This document shows, one piece after another, positions 10,474 through 20,447 of a DNA stretch of 64,000 nt. Under the pieces are notes generated by a model. That model had not been told where the DNA came from. It did no database searches and saw nothing but the letters and a program-made list of their open reading frames with translations. Positions within the stretch are counted from its first letter, which is position 1, and each line of letters starts with the position of its first letter. The stretch lies in the IMG/VR virus record IMGVR_UViG_3300032007_000001; one strand, written 5' to 3'. The position numbers and the translations under genes were made by a program. The DNA is from a virus (lineage: Duplodnaviria > Caudoviricetes).

Positions 10474-11361
10474 CTATTGTTTTTTTTTAGATAAATGCGG
10501 AGGATTATTATTTGTGCTTGTTGGAACTTCATATTGTTCTGGACGAACACCGTCAAATCCACGCATATCTGTTACGTAATCATATCCAAATGGAGGATTA
10601 CTATCATGAATATCATAATATAGACTATCATTGCCAGATAAAATCTTTTCTGTTTCTTCTAACGTTTTATCTGTCATTCCAAAATCTTTATAATATTCAA
10701 AACCAATATTTCTCTTTTTATTATTACATAAATTTTTTGTTAACGAAACAGCATAATCGTTTGGAAAAATCTCAGAATAATAATTCAATAAATCAATAAT
10801 TTGTCCAGCTGTAACTTGTCTTCCTATTTCTCTCATATCATCAATTTCGCCAAAAAATAACATGAGAGGCTCTGAACGATGAAATGCTGCTTTAACGTAA
10901 CGAAGTTTTGTTTCAAGATTGGTACTTGCACATCTTTCGAGTTGTTCTTCTACTTTCTTTGCGAAGAAAGCTCTATCATCTGTCAAAACAGGAACAACTT
11001 CGTAACCAGCTTTATTTATATACTTCGCGATTTCTTGCTTCATATTATTATTATATCTTAAAGTAAATCCATTGAAGAAATCTTGAAGCGTTCCATCTAT
11101 GCCATTCCAAAGAGTAAGAATCAAATCAGCTAAATACTCTGGATAGAAGTGCATTGGAATAACTTCTCTCGTCGCTCTTTTTTCCATTTTATTATTTAGT
11201 TTTGCCCATCTTGCAAAATCATAAGGGCGGTCTTGATATCCTTGTAAATAATCGTTCATAGACGGGTCCCCCACTTCATCACCATCATCTCTCCAATTAA
11301 GATTTTTTTCATAATCATAATTGTCTTCTTCAATAACAAATTTATTCTTTATTCCTTGCAT
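10474..11361 (-). CDS. Hypothetical protein (putative virion)
   Basis: 295 aa; GAGG SD; operon. Confidence 0.7.
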   Translation of the reverse strand: MQGIKNKFVIEEDNYDYEKNLNWRDDGDEVGDPSMNDYLQGYQDRPYDFARWAKLNNKMEKRATREVIPMHFYPEYLADLILTLWNGIDGTLQDFFNGFTLRYNNNMKQEIAKYINKAGYEVVPVLTDDRAFFAKKVEEQLERCASTNLETKLRYVKAAFHRSEPLMLFFGEIDDMREIGRQVTAGQIIDLLNYYSEIFPNDYAVSLTKNLCNNKKRNIGFEYYKDFGMTDKTLEETEKILSGNDSLYYDIHDSNPPFGYDYVTDMRGFDGVRPEQYEVPTSTNNNPPHLSKKKQ

Positions 11362-11368
11362 TTGATTA

Positions 11369-12106
11369 TTAACCTCTCACATCTTTTTTAGATTCAGAAA
11401 TAATAAAATTTTCAAATGCTTCCTGAGAATTCATTTTATCGTTATTTAATAATTTACTATGTAAATCATTAATCAATTCATTACTAGCAATTAATTTATG
11501 TTTTTTTAATGTATTGGCTATTTCAGATTTTAAGTTATTTTCAATAACATTTTCAAAATCTTTTTTCAAAATTTCATTATTTGCAATTTCTGCAATAATC
11601 TTCTTTGTATATTGACCATAATACATATTCATAATTCTTGTAAAAGTATCTTTATCCATTGCTGTTTTCGTTGAAGATGCTGTCTTTCTAACAACATCAT
11701 TTTCGTCATTTTCATCGTTTATTTCTTTTACAAGATATTCAATACCATCTATTTTTTGAATCTTCCAAATGCTTCCATCATCAAAAGCATAATCATACAC
11801 ACCAGCAATTTTTTGAAGTGCCTTAAATTTATCGTTCCCAACATTTTCAAAACATGCTAATGCTTCTTTTGTAGCTTTTATTTTTGGTTGTTCTGACGAA
11901 TATAATATTTTGAATATGTCATTATGTTTTTCTATGCTTACGTTATATCCATTTTTTGCCAATTTGTTTTTAATATTTTTTGCTTCATCTTCAGAACTAA
12001 CAACGCTAAATAACTTTTTGTTGTCTTTATTCTCAAGTGTCTTGGCAAGTTTTTCATAGCATTCGTCTGAAATAAAATCATATTGGTCCGCAATTCTGCT
12101 AATCAA
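11369..12106 (-). CDS. Hypothetical protein (putative virion; KTA sites)
   Basis: AAGGAG SD; RKTASSTKTAM. Confidence 0.7.
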   Translation of the reverse strand: MISRIADQYDFISDECYEKLAKTLENKDNKKLFSVVSSEDEAKNIKNKLAKNGYNVSIEKHNDIFKILYSSEQPKIKATKEALACFENVGNDKFKALQKIAGVYDYAFDDGSIWKIQKIDGIEYLVKEINDENDENDVVRKTASSTKTAMDKDTFTRIMNMYYGQYTKKIIAEIANNEILKKDFENVIENNLKSEIANTLKKHKLIASNELINDLHSKLLNNDKMNSQEAFENFIISESKKDVRG

Positions 12107-12225
12107 ACCTTATCACTCCTTACATAAAGTTACATCGCGAAGTGTCAGCTCCGTAATGTTTATGCGCACTTTTTCTTCTAAAATAAAATAATGTTAAATA
12201 TAACAAATAATTTAGAAAATATCAC

Positions 12226-12262
12226 AAAAAATGAGGTATCTTTTAGCGATACCTCATTTTTT
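12226..12262 (-). terminator. Intrinsic terminator overlapping the sigma-factor stop
   Basis: aaaaaatgaggtatc-ttttagc-gatacctcatttttt. Confidence 0.7.
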
Positions 12263-12910
12263 CTTGTCTACTTTTTTATCGCTCAATGATTTTTTTAATT
12301 CATCTAACATCATTTCGTTTTTTTCTTCGTCACTATGATTTTCATCTAATAAATTATATAAGTCTTTTAATGCTTTTTTCTTAATCACGCTTACTCTTGA
12401 TTGTGATATATTCAATTTTTGCCCAATTTCTTGTTGTTTATATCCGCCTAAAGTAAGTTTTACTATTTCAGCTGCTCTATCATCTACTAACGAATAAACG
12501 TACTCATTATATAAATCATTTTCTACATCATCTATATCGTATGTCATTTGTCCTTGCAATAAAAATTCACAATAATCACTTGGTTTTTCTCTTTTTCCCT
12601 TGAAATAATATCTTTGAATATACGCTCTCAATTTAATAATAAGATTTTTGAACAAATACCTATCAAACTTAAAAAACTTTCCCATATAATATGGGTCATA
12701 TTGCTTACATAATGCAACGTAATATATATATGTTTGTTGAAGCAATTCATCTTTATCGAAATTCTTTAGCCATGAAAGCCATTTAATTAATTTATTTAGT
12801 CTTGCTTCATATTCAAACCAAATCTTATTTGGATTCTTTTTTATATCTTCATACAATGGTTCAAATGGTATTTGTAAACTAAAATCCTCTTGAGTTTGCT
12901 GTTTCTGCAA
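12254..12910 (-). CDS. Sigma-70 family RNA polymerase sigma factor (phage)
   Basis: Region-2-like DELLQQ...YDP...FDRYL; region-4 HTH GYKQQEIGQKLNISQSRVSVIKKKAL. Confidence 0.85.
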   Translation of the reverse strand: MQKQQTQEDFSLQIPFEPLYEDIKKNPNKIWFEYEARLNKLIKWLSWLKNFDKDELLQQTYIYYVALCKQYDPYYMGKFFKFDRYLFKNLIIKLRAYIQRYYFKGKREKPSDYCEFLLQGQMTYDIDDVENDLYNEYVYSLVDDRAAEIVKLTLGGYKQQEIGQKLNISQSRVSVIKKKALKDLYNLLDENHSDEEKNEMMLDELKKSLSDKKVDKKK

Positions 12911-12920
12911 ACCAACCGCC

Positions 12921-14147
12921 TCACTTCGTTTGTACTAATTCAACAAAACTTGCATTTTCTGGAATAAAAAATTTTGCATAAAAATCATTAACATCATTTA
13001 ATGTAACAGAATCCAACTCTTTTATTACATTATCAAAATCTATATCGTCTGTTATGATTCCATTTCCACGCATGCTAATTCTAAAATCATTTAATGAACT
13101 TGTAGAAATATGTTTTCTTTTCATTGCAGTAAGCAATGAATTATATGCTGACTTAAATTCTTCTTCTGTCGCGCCATTTTTATGTATTTCTTCCATTTTT
13201 TCAAGCATCATTTTCTTTGAATTTTCGATATTATCTTTATTCAAACCTATATATACATGCATTATTGATTGCGGTTTTGCTATAAAATCATTGCAATAAA
13301 TCGTATATGCGTATCCATATTTTTCTCTTAATTCCATCAATCTTGAACAAAAACCATTGCCAAATATATCTTCCACGATATTGAGCATAAATATGTTCTT
13401 TAAGGAATCTTCCAATTCAAATGGAAAATACATAACCATATGTGATTGTGTAGAATCAATATCTTCAGAAACATCTTTTATGGTAATATCATTACTATCA
13501 TCTCTAAATTGGTTTGTTTCTGAAAAAGAAATATCTTTTGTATAATCATCTACAAAATTCACAAACTCATCGACATCAATATCTCCAGATACATATACAA
13601 CAATATTTTCTGCAACATAATAATTGTCAATAAAATCAAAAACGTCTTGCCTTGATATATTTCTGACACTTTCTATTGTGCCACCATTACTCCATTTATT
13701 TGGAGTATTTGAAAAAGCATTTTTTGTTGTTATATCCAAAACTCTCCTTGAACCATCATCATAGTACATTTTGAGTTCTTCCAAAACAACATTTTTTTCT
13801 CTTTCAAATTCTTCTTCTGGAATCGTACAATTCCAGACAATATCAGACAAAACGTCTATTGCTTCTTTCCAATATTCTTTTAATATCGTTACATAAAAAA
13901 CCGTGTTGGTTTCTGTTGTATATGCGTTTAGTTCTCCTCCAAGTTTATTGATGTCTTTGAAAATATCGTTGGCTTTTCTGTTAATAGTACCTTTGAAAAC
14001 CAAATGCTCAACCAAATGCGCAATACCAAGGTTTTCAACGGGTTCATCATATGCACCAGCATTAATGCAATATGATATAGTAACAAAATCACCAGGTATT
14101 TTCTCAATGCAAAATTCTAATCCATTCTCGAGTTTTTTGTTAAACAT
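12921..14147 (-). CDS. M16 family (insulinase/pitrilysin-like) zinc peptidase
   Basis: GIAHLVEHLVFKGT (HxxEH); GGELNAYT; EREKNVVLEE; SRL..LREKYGYAY. Confidence 0.93.
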   Translation of the reverse strand: MFNKKLENGLEFCIEKIPGDFVTISYCINAGAYDEPVENLGIAHLVEHLVFKGTINRKANDIFKDINKLGGELNAYTTETNTVFYVTILKEYWKEAIDVLSDIVWNCTIPEEEFEREKNVVLEELKMYYDDGSRRVLDITTKNAFSNTPNKWSNGGTIESVRNISRQDVFDFIDNYYVAENIVVYVSGDIDVDEFVNFVDDYTKDISFSETNQFRDDSNDITIKDVSEDIDSTQSHMVMYFPFELEDSLKNIFMLNIVEDIFGNGFCSRLMELREKYGYAYTIYCNDFIAKPQSIMHVYIGLNKDNIENSKKMMLEKMEEIHKNGATEEEFKSAYNSLLTAMKRKHISTSSLNDFRISMRGNGIITDDIDFDNVIKELDSVTLNDVNDFYAKFFIPENASFVELVQTK

Positions 14148-14179
14148 TGTTTTTCTCCTAAAAATATTCTAAACATTTT

Positions 14180-15871
14180 TTAGAACCTTGAAATACGTCC
14201 ATAACGCGCAAATGGAGCTCTTGATTGTCTACCAACAATAGCTGCAAAATTTGCCAAAACGTCAGCGTCGCAACAGTCATCATGATAACCTGCTGGAGCT
14301 TCAATTTTTTTATTAACAGTTTTACCTATCGTATATTCAAGGTCTGCCCATTCTCCTACCATTTTGTGATAAAAGCCAATATGGTCTTTGCCAGCGCTGT
14401 CTAAGTTAGAAGATAAAAACTTATCTTTTGATACGTATTTGAATTTTCCAGAATCTAATTCTGTCCTAAATTTACCATACATAACATTTTTCATATTCAT
14501 ACCAGAATGTGTATATCTGTCTCCAGAATTAAATATAATTCCTTCTATATTTGTTAACCCAAATTCACTTTGAAGAGTTTGTATAACTGGAGCACCACAA
14601 CCAGTATAATCAGCAAAGATTTTCTTTACTTCAAATCTTGGACTATACCCACCAAACATATGACTTATTTCATACATTTGTTGAGGGTACGTTTCTTCCT
14701 TAAATTCTCTTGCAAAAACCTTGTGTTTTGTTCCATCTGGGCATATTCTTAAAACAGTAATATGTGTACTGTCTCCTTCCGGATTAGACCCAGCAAAGTC
14801 AATGCCAGCAACATATGTCTCTCCTACTATGCCATGGTCTAGCCATTCAAATTCACTGTCTATCATAGAATTAACTTCTTCGGACGTCAAAAATTTGCCA
14901 GCGCCGTCAACGAATTCTAGCATATATTGCGTCTTAAAGTCTTCAATGTCCATGCCGCCTTCTGTCCAGACTTCTGGATTATTTGGAAAATATTCTTGTT
15001 TCAACGCTTTTGGCATTAATTGTTCTACAACATATCTAGAATATGGGCGTATTTCTCCAGTGTCTTTGTCTGGAAGCATAATAGCATCTAAAGCCCACAA
15101 CTGAGCACATTGCGTCCAATCTCTTCGTATTACTTTCCACTTTTCTGATTCTTTCCCTTCAACAGATTGATAAAAATGGTTTTTTGACTTTGGAGTACCA
15201 ATTTTGATTATTTTCGCGTTGGTTGCGCCGCCCATAGGTGCTATACGTTCTGACCAAGTATAGTTACTTACTTTTTGTGCTTCGTCTAATATAATAACAT
15301 CAAATGTCAAACCTTCAATATTAGCTTGGTCTGATGCAGAAACAGCAGATACATATGAATTGTTTGACATTTCAATTTTATCTTTTGTTAATTTTGCAAT
15401 TTTATTATTCAAACGTTCTTCATTCATTTGAAAGAAAGTAGACAATCTTCCAATACTAACTTCAGCCTGTGGTAGGCGAGGAGTAAAAATACCAACTTTC
15501 ATTTGTGGATAATTGTCAATCAAATATCCACAAATGGAAGCTATTGATTCTGTTTTCCCAGTCTGACGTGCCATCATGCCGGCAACCTGCTTAAATTTAG
15601 GATTGCAAGCTGCTCGTACTAAATCAACTTGATTTTGATGAAGATAACGTTTTGATTCTGGATAATGATTCCTTAATATATTTTGACAATATTCTACTGG
15701 GTCAATACGGTCTAAAAAATGTATATACATAAAATCTTTTAAGTCCATACCACCAATAAAATTTTCTCTTGAAGCTTCAGAAATTTCTTCATGAATAGCT
15801 TCAAGATTATTTTTTATATCTGTAGTCAATGCTTTTGTTGCTTCAGATACTCCATTTTTCTTTTTTGCCAT
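14180..15871 (-). CDS. terL: Terminase large subunit
   Basis: Walker A ARQTGKT, Walker B IILDEAQ, motif III IGTP, nuclease GIDFA...HDDCCDA. Confidence 0.93.
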   Translation of the reverse strand: MAKKKNGVSEATKALTTDIKNNLEAIHEEISEASRENFIGGMDLKDFMYIHFLDRIDPVEYCQNILRNHYPESKRYLHQNQVDLVRAACNPKFKQVAGMMARQTGKTESIASICGYLIDNYPQMKVGIFTPRLPQAEVSIGRLSTFFQMNEERLNNKIAKLTKDKIEMSNNSYVSAVSASDQANIEGLTFDVIILDEAQKVSNYTWSERIAPMGGATNAKIIKIGTPKSKNHFYQSVEGKESEKWKVIRRDWTQCAQLWALDAIMLPDKDTGEIRPYSRYVVEQLMPKALKQEYFPNNPEVWTEGGMDIEDFKTQYMLEFVDGAGKFLTSEEVNSMIDSEFEWLDHGIVGETYVAGIDFAGSNPEGDSTHITVLRICPDGTKHKVFAREFKEETYPQQMYEISHMFGGYSPRFEVKKIFADYTGCGAPVIQTLQSEFGLTNIEGIIFNSGDRYTHSGMNMKNVMYGKFRTELDSGKFKYVSKDKFLSSNLDSAGKDHIGFYHKMVGEWADLEYTIGKTVNKKIEAPAGYHDDCCDADVLANFAAIVGRQSRAPFARYGRISRF

Positions 15872-15880
15872 ATAAAGTCA

Positions 15881-16105
15881 TCACTTTCTTAAATCATATA
15901 ATTCGTCAGACGATTGTATGATATGTGCAATATTACTCACTGAATCCAATGCATTATCTATATGAGATTTTACATTATCATTTAATTCATCAGCATAATA
16001 ACTTAAATCATTTTGTTCCATGCTATCTACACATTCTTTAATGAGATTATCAATATCATCAATAGCATCTCTTAAAGTAATAATTTTATTTAATGTATCT
16101 TCCAT
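15881..16105 (-). CDS. Hypothetical acidic helical protein
   Basis: AGGAG SD; operon. Confidence 0.65.
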   Translation of the reverse strand: MEDTLNKIITLRDAIDDIDNLIKECVDSMEQNDLSYYADELNDNVKSHIDNALDSVSNIAHIIQSSDELYDLRK

Positions 16106-16109
16106 AATT

Positions 16110-16703
16110 TTACTCCTGATTTTTTAAGATATTTACCAACTTTAAGTATCCTTCTTGGTCTTGACGCATTAATTCTCCTAATGCAAATATTTTCGCTTCA
16201 TCCAAAGTATCAAATTCGTGCATATCATTTTCTATATCCATATCCAATAAAACGCAAGGATGTTTTTCATTCTTAAAATTTAATTGATTAAGAAGAAGTT
16301 CTACGTTATAATAATGTTTACCGTCATTATCAACAATAAACATAGCAGCTTCTCTTATTGAATCAAATAAGTCTATATTATAATCTGATAAAAAACTTAC
16401 ATATTCTTCTTCATCATACTTTAACATTAGTTGTTTCACTGCATCAAAAGAAAGAGAAGCGTAAGATGGACGATTCATTTTGTTTCTGACATCATACATA
16501 ATATCATTAATGTTGTCTTTTAACGTTTTCATTTTATTTTTTATTGAAAAAAGATTTTTCATTTCCAAATCATAACCAAGATTTGAACATTCATTAATTG
16601 CATCATCAAAATCTTTTTCATCAAATTTATTAACTATATCTCTAAGAGTCAACATTAATTCATTAATTTCTTCTTGTGACGCTTGTTTTATTAATCTTTT
16701 CAT
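16110..16703 (-). CDS. Hypothetical protein with MKRLIKQAS leader
   Basis: TAATG coupling to upstream gene. Confidence 0.7.
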   Translation of the reverse strand: MKRLIKQASQEEINELMLTLRDIVNKFDEKDFDDAINECSNLGYDLEMKNLFSIKNKMKTLKDNINDIMYDVRNKMNRPSYASLSFDAVKQLMLKYDEEEYVSFLSDYNIDLFDSIREAAMFIVDNDGKHYYNVELLLNQLNFKNEKHPCVLLDMDIENDMHEFDTLDEAKIFALGELMRQDQEGYLKLVNILKNQE

Positions 16704-17734
16704 TATTGCCTCTCCGATGTAATTGCATCTTCTTGAAAATCAACATTATACATTATTTCGCAAGAATCTATTGTATCGTGCGTTTCACTATTGTATAAAT
16801 ACATCATCAATTTATGATTACCGGCACTATGGAAATTTAATTCAAAATTCTCATTAAAACCTTCTTTAGTAAGTTCAATGCCAGTAATATTAAATTGATT
16901 TTCTTGATATTGTGGTTGATAGTTTTCACTATAAATCTTCGTATCTGGACATGAAATAACCAATGTAATTGGGACAGTTTGATTATTTGCATTTTCAGAT
17001 TTTATTCTTACATTTAATTGAACATACTGTTGAGTTGTTTGATTGACTATATTAACATGAGTATGTTCATATACAAACTTATAGTCTTGTGCTATTTCAG
17101 CTTCATTATCTTCAAAACCGACTCTTGTAAAATATGGAGTTCCGTCTTCATCATGGAACCTAATATCCCATAATAAACCAGAATCAGATTTGACTCTATA
17201 AACCTTTTGTGGTTCATGCAATAACTTCAATTCATTAATTTGTTGTTGCAAATAATCAATTTGATTTTGCGCATTTTCTATTAATGCAATTTGTTCTGAT
17301 GTCATTCCGCCTTCCATTGTGCATTTGCACTGACACAATGATTCGCTCGGAGGAGCAAAACCGAACAATTGTCTCAAATCATAAATTTTATCATTTGTAA
17401 TTTCTGTATCGTCACAACTGATTTCTATTAAAGCCAAATGCATACATTCTTCTGGAAGTCTTGGAAAAATTTTAGATTGAGATGATTGAATACCATACGT
17501 ATATACCAATTCATTTTCATTATTTAATGAAATTGCTACAAGCCAAATACCAGATTTTGGTGCAAACAAAACATCACTATTAGTTTCATCAAAATTTACT
17601 ATTTTTTTATTATTGATATATGTACCTGAATTTATATGGACAGTCATATTAGGAACTGCTAACTGTGTAACCTTAAACATGTCCAAAATTCTTTCAGCCT
17701 TAAAATATTTATCACTATTTAAGAGAGTAGCCAT
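16703..17734 (-). CDS. Putative fibre/baseplate-attached virion protein
   Basis: N-terminal PNMTVxxNxG(T/S)Y domain paralogous to 784..3417; GGAGG SD; possible C-terminal Ig-like domain. Confidence 0.65.
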   Translation of the reverse strand: MATLLNSDKYFKAERILDMFKVTQLAVPNMTVHINSGTYINNKKIVNFDETNSDVLFAPKSGIWLVAISLNNENELVYTYGIQSSQSKIFPRLPEECMHLALIEISCDDTEITNDKIYDLRQLFGFAPPSESLCQCKCTMEGGMTSEQIALIENAQNQIDYLQQQINELKLLHEPQKVYRVKSDSGLLWDIRFHDEDGTPYFTRVGFEDNEAEIAQDYKFVYEHTHVNIVNQTTQQYVQLNVRIKSENANNQTVPITLVISCPDTKIYSENYQPQYQENQFNITGIELTKEGFNENFELNFHSAGNHKLMMYLYNSETHDTIDSCEIMYNVDFQEDAITSERQ

Positions 17735-17747
17735 AACTTACCTCCAA

Positions 17748-18584
17748 TCATAATTTATATCCCATATATTCAAATTTAATTGGTTTTTCTGGGTCATACC
17801 AAACCTTTTCAACGTTATGCGTTGTTATATTTATTGTCGTTACTATATTCCCATAGATGCGTGCTTGAAAGAATACTTTTCCAGGAGTATCTTGCAATTC
17901 GTTATCAAATTTGCCAAGATTATCTACCCAAACTGTAACCAACCCAGTTTCGTTGTTAAATTCAAAATCTTGTTCGTACCCAAAGAATTCCTTAAAATCA
18001 CTTTCTATTACTTTATCCCATAATGAATACCATTTCTTTTCTTCTGTTTCTGGGAAATGTTCATTTTCTTTTACAAATTCAATATTATTGCTTCTTTTAT
18101 ATAATTTATTGAATCTGCCATAATTCTTTTCCAATTCTTTTATTTCTGGATGAGTATTATAAAATTCTTTATCTTCATCATTTTGATAATTGAAATAAGC
18201 TATTTTTTCAATTCCTCTCATATCAATACATTGATTTAATTCGTCAAACAATTTATTGATACGATTTACTATTCTTGTTGCATTATAATTCACGCAATTA
18301 TACGCATCTGATTGACGTTTCGGAACAAACTTAGAAAGTTTTCCAAACTTTCTATCACTGCAATCTTTTCCTCTCAAATAAACAAAACCATCAACGCAAT
18401 CCAATATCAAAGAACTATATTTTTCTTCATATAATGAAGGCAATTCTATTTCCAAATATCCTTGTTTTTTACAAGAAGTAATACCTCTATTCATTAATTC
18501 CTTATGAAAATAATCTACAAGCGATAATGAAAAATCTTCGTTTTTACTGTCGCTTGGAATAATACTAAGTTTAGCTAATCTCAT
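17748..18584 (-). CDS. Hypothetical protein
   Basis: 278 aa; AAGGA SD. Confidence 0.7.
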   Translation of the reverse strand: MRLAKLSIIPSDSKNEDFSLSLVDYFHKELMNRGITSCKKQGYLEIELPSLYEEKYSSLILDCVDGFVYLRGKDCSDRKFGKLSKFVPKRQSDAYNCVNYNATRIVNRINKLFDELNQCIDMRGIEKIAYFNYQNDEDKEFYNTHPEIKELEKNYGRFNKLYKRSNNIEFVKENEHFPETEEKKWYSLWDKVIESDFKEFFGYEQDFEFNNETGLVTVWVDNLGKFDNELQDTPGKVFFQARIYGNIVTTINITTHNVEKVWYDPEKPIKFEYMGYKL

Positions 18585-18633
18585 TTAATCACGTCCTTAG
18601 CGCATTCTTATACTAATAACTAAATAACATAAA

Positions 18634-18658
18634 AAATGCACGGTTTCACCGTGCATTT
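18634..18658 (-). terminator. Intrinsic terminator
   Basis: aaatgcacggt-ttc-accgtgcattt. Confidence 0.7.
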
Positions 18659-18664
18659 AACTTT

Positions 18665-19237
18665 TTATTTAATAATCTTATTTATTTCGTCTATTGTTAA
18701 ATTTATATCATTATTTATAATTCTCGTATCTGGAATTTTGAATTTATCAAACATTTCTTGTGAATAATCTTTTGTATCGCTAACAAATCTCCTACACATT
18801 TCTACATAATCATTGCTTCCATTTGTTTCTCTTGCAAAACATCTCAAAATTCTATCTCTATCATTAACATATAAATGTATAGGAATAACACAATTACCAT
18901 ATAATTCCTTAAATTTTTTTACTCCATAAAGAGTTGTAATAATAATATATTTTTTATCTGACTTTTCATCTATTTGATTATCTCTTGCTGTAAAATACAG
19001 CCATTCTCCATGAATCGTGTTATATTTTCTGTATTCAATAATAGAATATGAACTCCACAATTTATCAAAACTCTGTTTCGTTACAAAATAATATTCTTTC
19101 CCATTTTTTTCTCCATCTCTCATTGGGCGTGTTGTATACGTGATAATTGGAGTCAAATCTTTTCTTGTTTGCAACAATTTGGTCAATACAGTATCTTTTC
19201 CTGTACACGATTCACCAATAATGCAATAAATTTTCAC
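18665..19237 (-). CDS. gmk: Guanylate kinase
   Basis: P-loop GESCTGKDT; YTTRPMRDGEKNGKEYYFV signature. Confidence 0.9.
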   Translation of the reverse strand: MKIYCIIGESCTGKDTVLTKLLQTRKDLTPIITYTTRPMRDGEKNGKEYYFVTKQSFDKLWSSYSIIEYRKYNTIHGEWLYFTARDNQIDEKSDKKYIIITTLYGVKKFKELYGNCVIPIHLYVNDRDRILRCFARETNGSNDYVEMCRRFVSDTKDYSQEMFDKFKIPDTRIINNDINLTIDEINKIIK

Positions 19238-19254
19238 TTTAATTACCTCAAAAT

Positions 19255-19761
19255 CTATTTCTTTTTTCTTTTTCCGTATTTTCGCATGCCAGTATTTTTG
19301 AGGTTTGAGTTTATGTCATAAAACTTAAAGACTAAATCATTTGTAATTGAACGAATAGAATTTTTTAATACCGTGTCAAACCTTGTTTTTAATTTAGTGT
19401 TCTTTTTTGGTTTTTGTATTACAGTAACATTATCATCTTCATCAACGTACAAAAGCCCAATCTCTTTTAATACATCTTCTTTTTTAATAACATTGGTTGG
19501 ACACATAATATAAAAATAATTACAATGTGGATAATAACTTTTATCCAATTTGAAAAGTTTAGTATCTCTTGCATAATCTTGATAAGATGCCTTACATTCA
19601 ATTACTCTTGTTTCTTTTCTTTTTAAGTTAATTCCACATGCATCTGCAATTGATTTAATATTTCTAAATTTAGTCTCTGTTGATACGACATCTATGCAAT
19701 GTTTCTTTAGAAAAGCTATGGCTACTAGTTTTAAGTGTTTATGTACTTTTCCTTCAGCCAT
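19255..19761 (-). CDS. PD-(D/E)xK nuclease-fold protein (MmcB-like)
   Basis: IAD...VIECKASYQDY...CNYFYIMCP...GLL. Confidence 0.65.
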   Translation of the reverse strand: MAEGKVHKHLKLVAIAFLKKHCIDVVSTETKFRNIKSIADACGINLKRKETRVIECKASYQDYARDTKLFKLDKSYYPHCNYFYIMCPTNVIKKEDVLKEIGLLYVDEDDNVTVIQKPKKNTKLKTRFDTVLKNSIRSITNDLVFKFYDINSNLKNTGMRKYGKRKKK

Positions 19762-20197
19762 TTTTTACTTCCTCATCAAGAAACTTTTGCAAAATCTCCA
19801 TTTTCCGCTCCAGTGATTTCATATCTTTTCTAACATTCAAAATGTTTTGTTGATAGATTTCACGTTGTTTTTGATTATCAGAATGTTGTTGTTGTAAGAT
19901 ATTATAAACTTCATAATCAACTTCTTTTGACAACATTTGATATTGTGTTTTTTCCATCATTTCTATTATCATATCTTGTCTGGATTTCAATGATGGTTTT
20001 TCTTTTTTTATAACTTTGGGTTTTCTTTTTTTAGGTTTTTCTTCCTTTTGTTCTTTAGGCTTTTCTTTTTTTGGTTCTGGCAAAGGTTCATCAATAAATT
20101 GGTCCATTCTTACATCAAAATCTGTAATTTCTTCGCCAGGTGTTTCTTCTCTTTTTATAATATTCTTATCATCAAGAAACTTACTTAAATCACTCAT
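19754..20197 (-). CDS. Hypothetical protein (K/E-rich, coiled coil)
   Basis: AAGGA SD; operon. Confidence 0.65.
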   Translation of the reverse strand: MSDLSKFLDDKNIIKREETPGEEITDFDVRMDQFIDEPLPEPKKEKPKEQKEEKPKKRKPKVIKKEKPSLKSRQDMIIEMMEKTQYQMLSKEVDYEVYNILQQQHSDNQKQREIYQQNILNVRKDMKSLERKMEILQKFLDEEVKNG

Positions 20198-20210
20198 TAT
20201 TACATTCCTT

Positions 20211-20447
20211 TCAAATAAGATTTACAAGAATAACATCATCTTCAATATGAATAGACGGTTCTTCTTCAAAACTTTCGTCTAACGTTGATAAAATATCTGA
20301 TTTAGAACCTATTAATGAAACTCCTTTCATATTGGATGTTGCCAATACATCGTGTCTAAGTGCTATATTATTAATTAATTTCTTATCCCGATAATCAAAA
20401 AAATTAGTACGAAATTGTTCTGTTTGTTCTACCTGTTCTATTTTCAC
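20211..20447 (-). CDS. Hypothetical protein
   Basis: Directly abuts the upstream stop. Confidence 0.6.
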   Translation of the reverse strand: MKIEQVEQTEQFRTNFFDYRDKKLINNIALRHDVLATSNMKGVSLIGSKSDILSTLDESFEEEPSIHIEDDVILVNLI

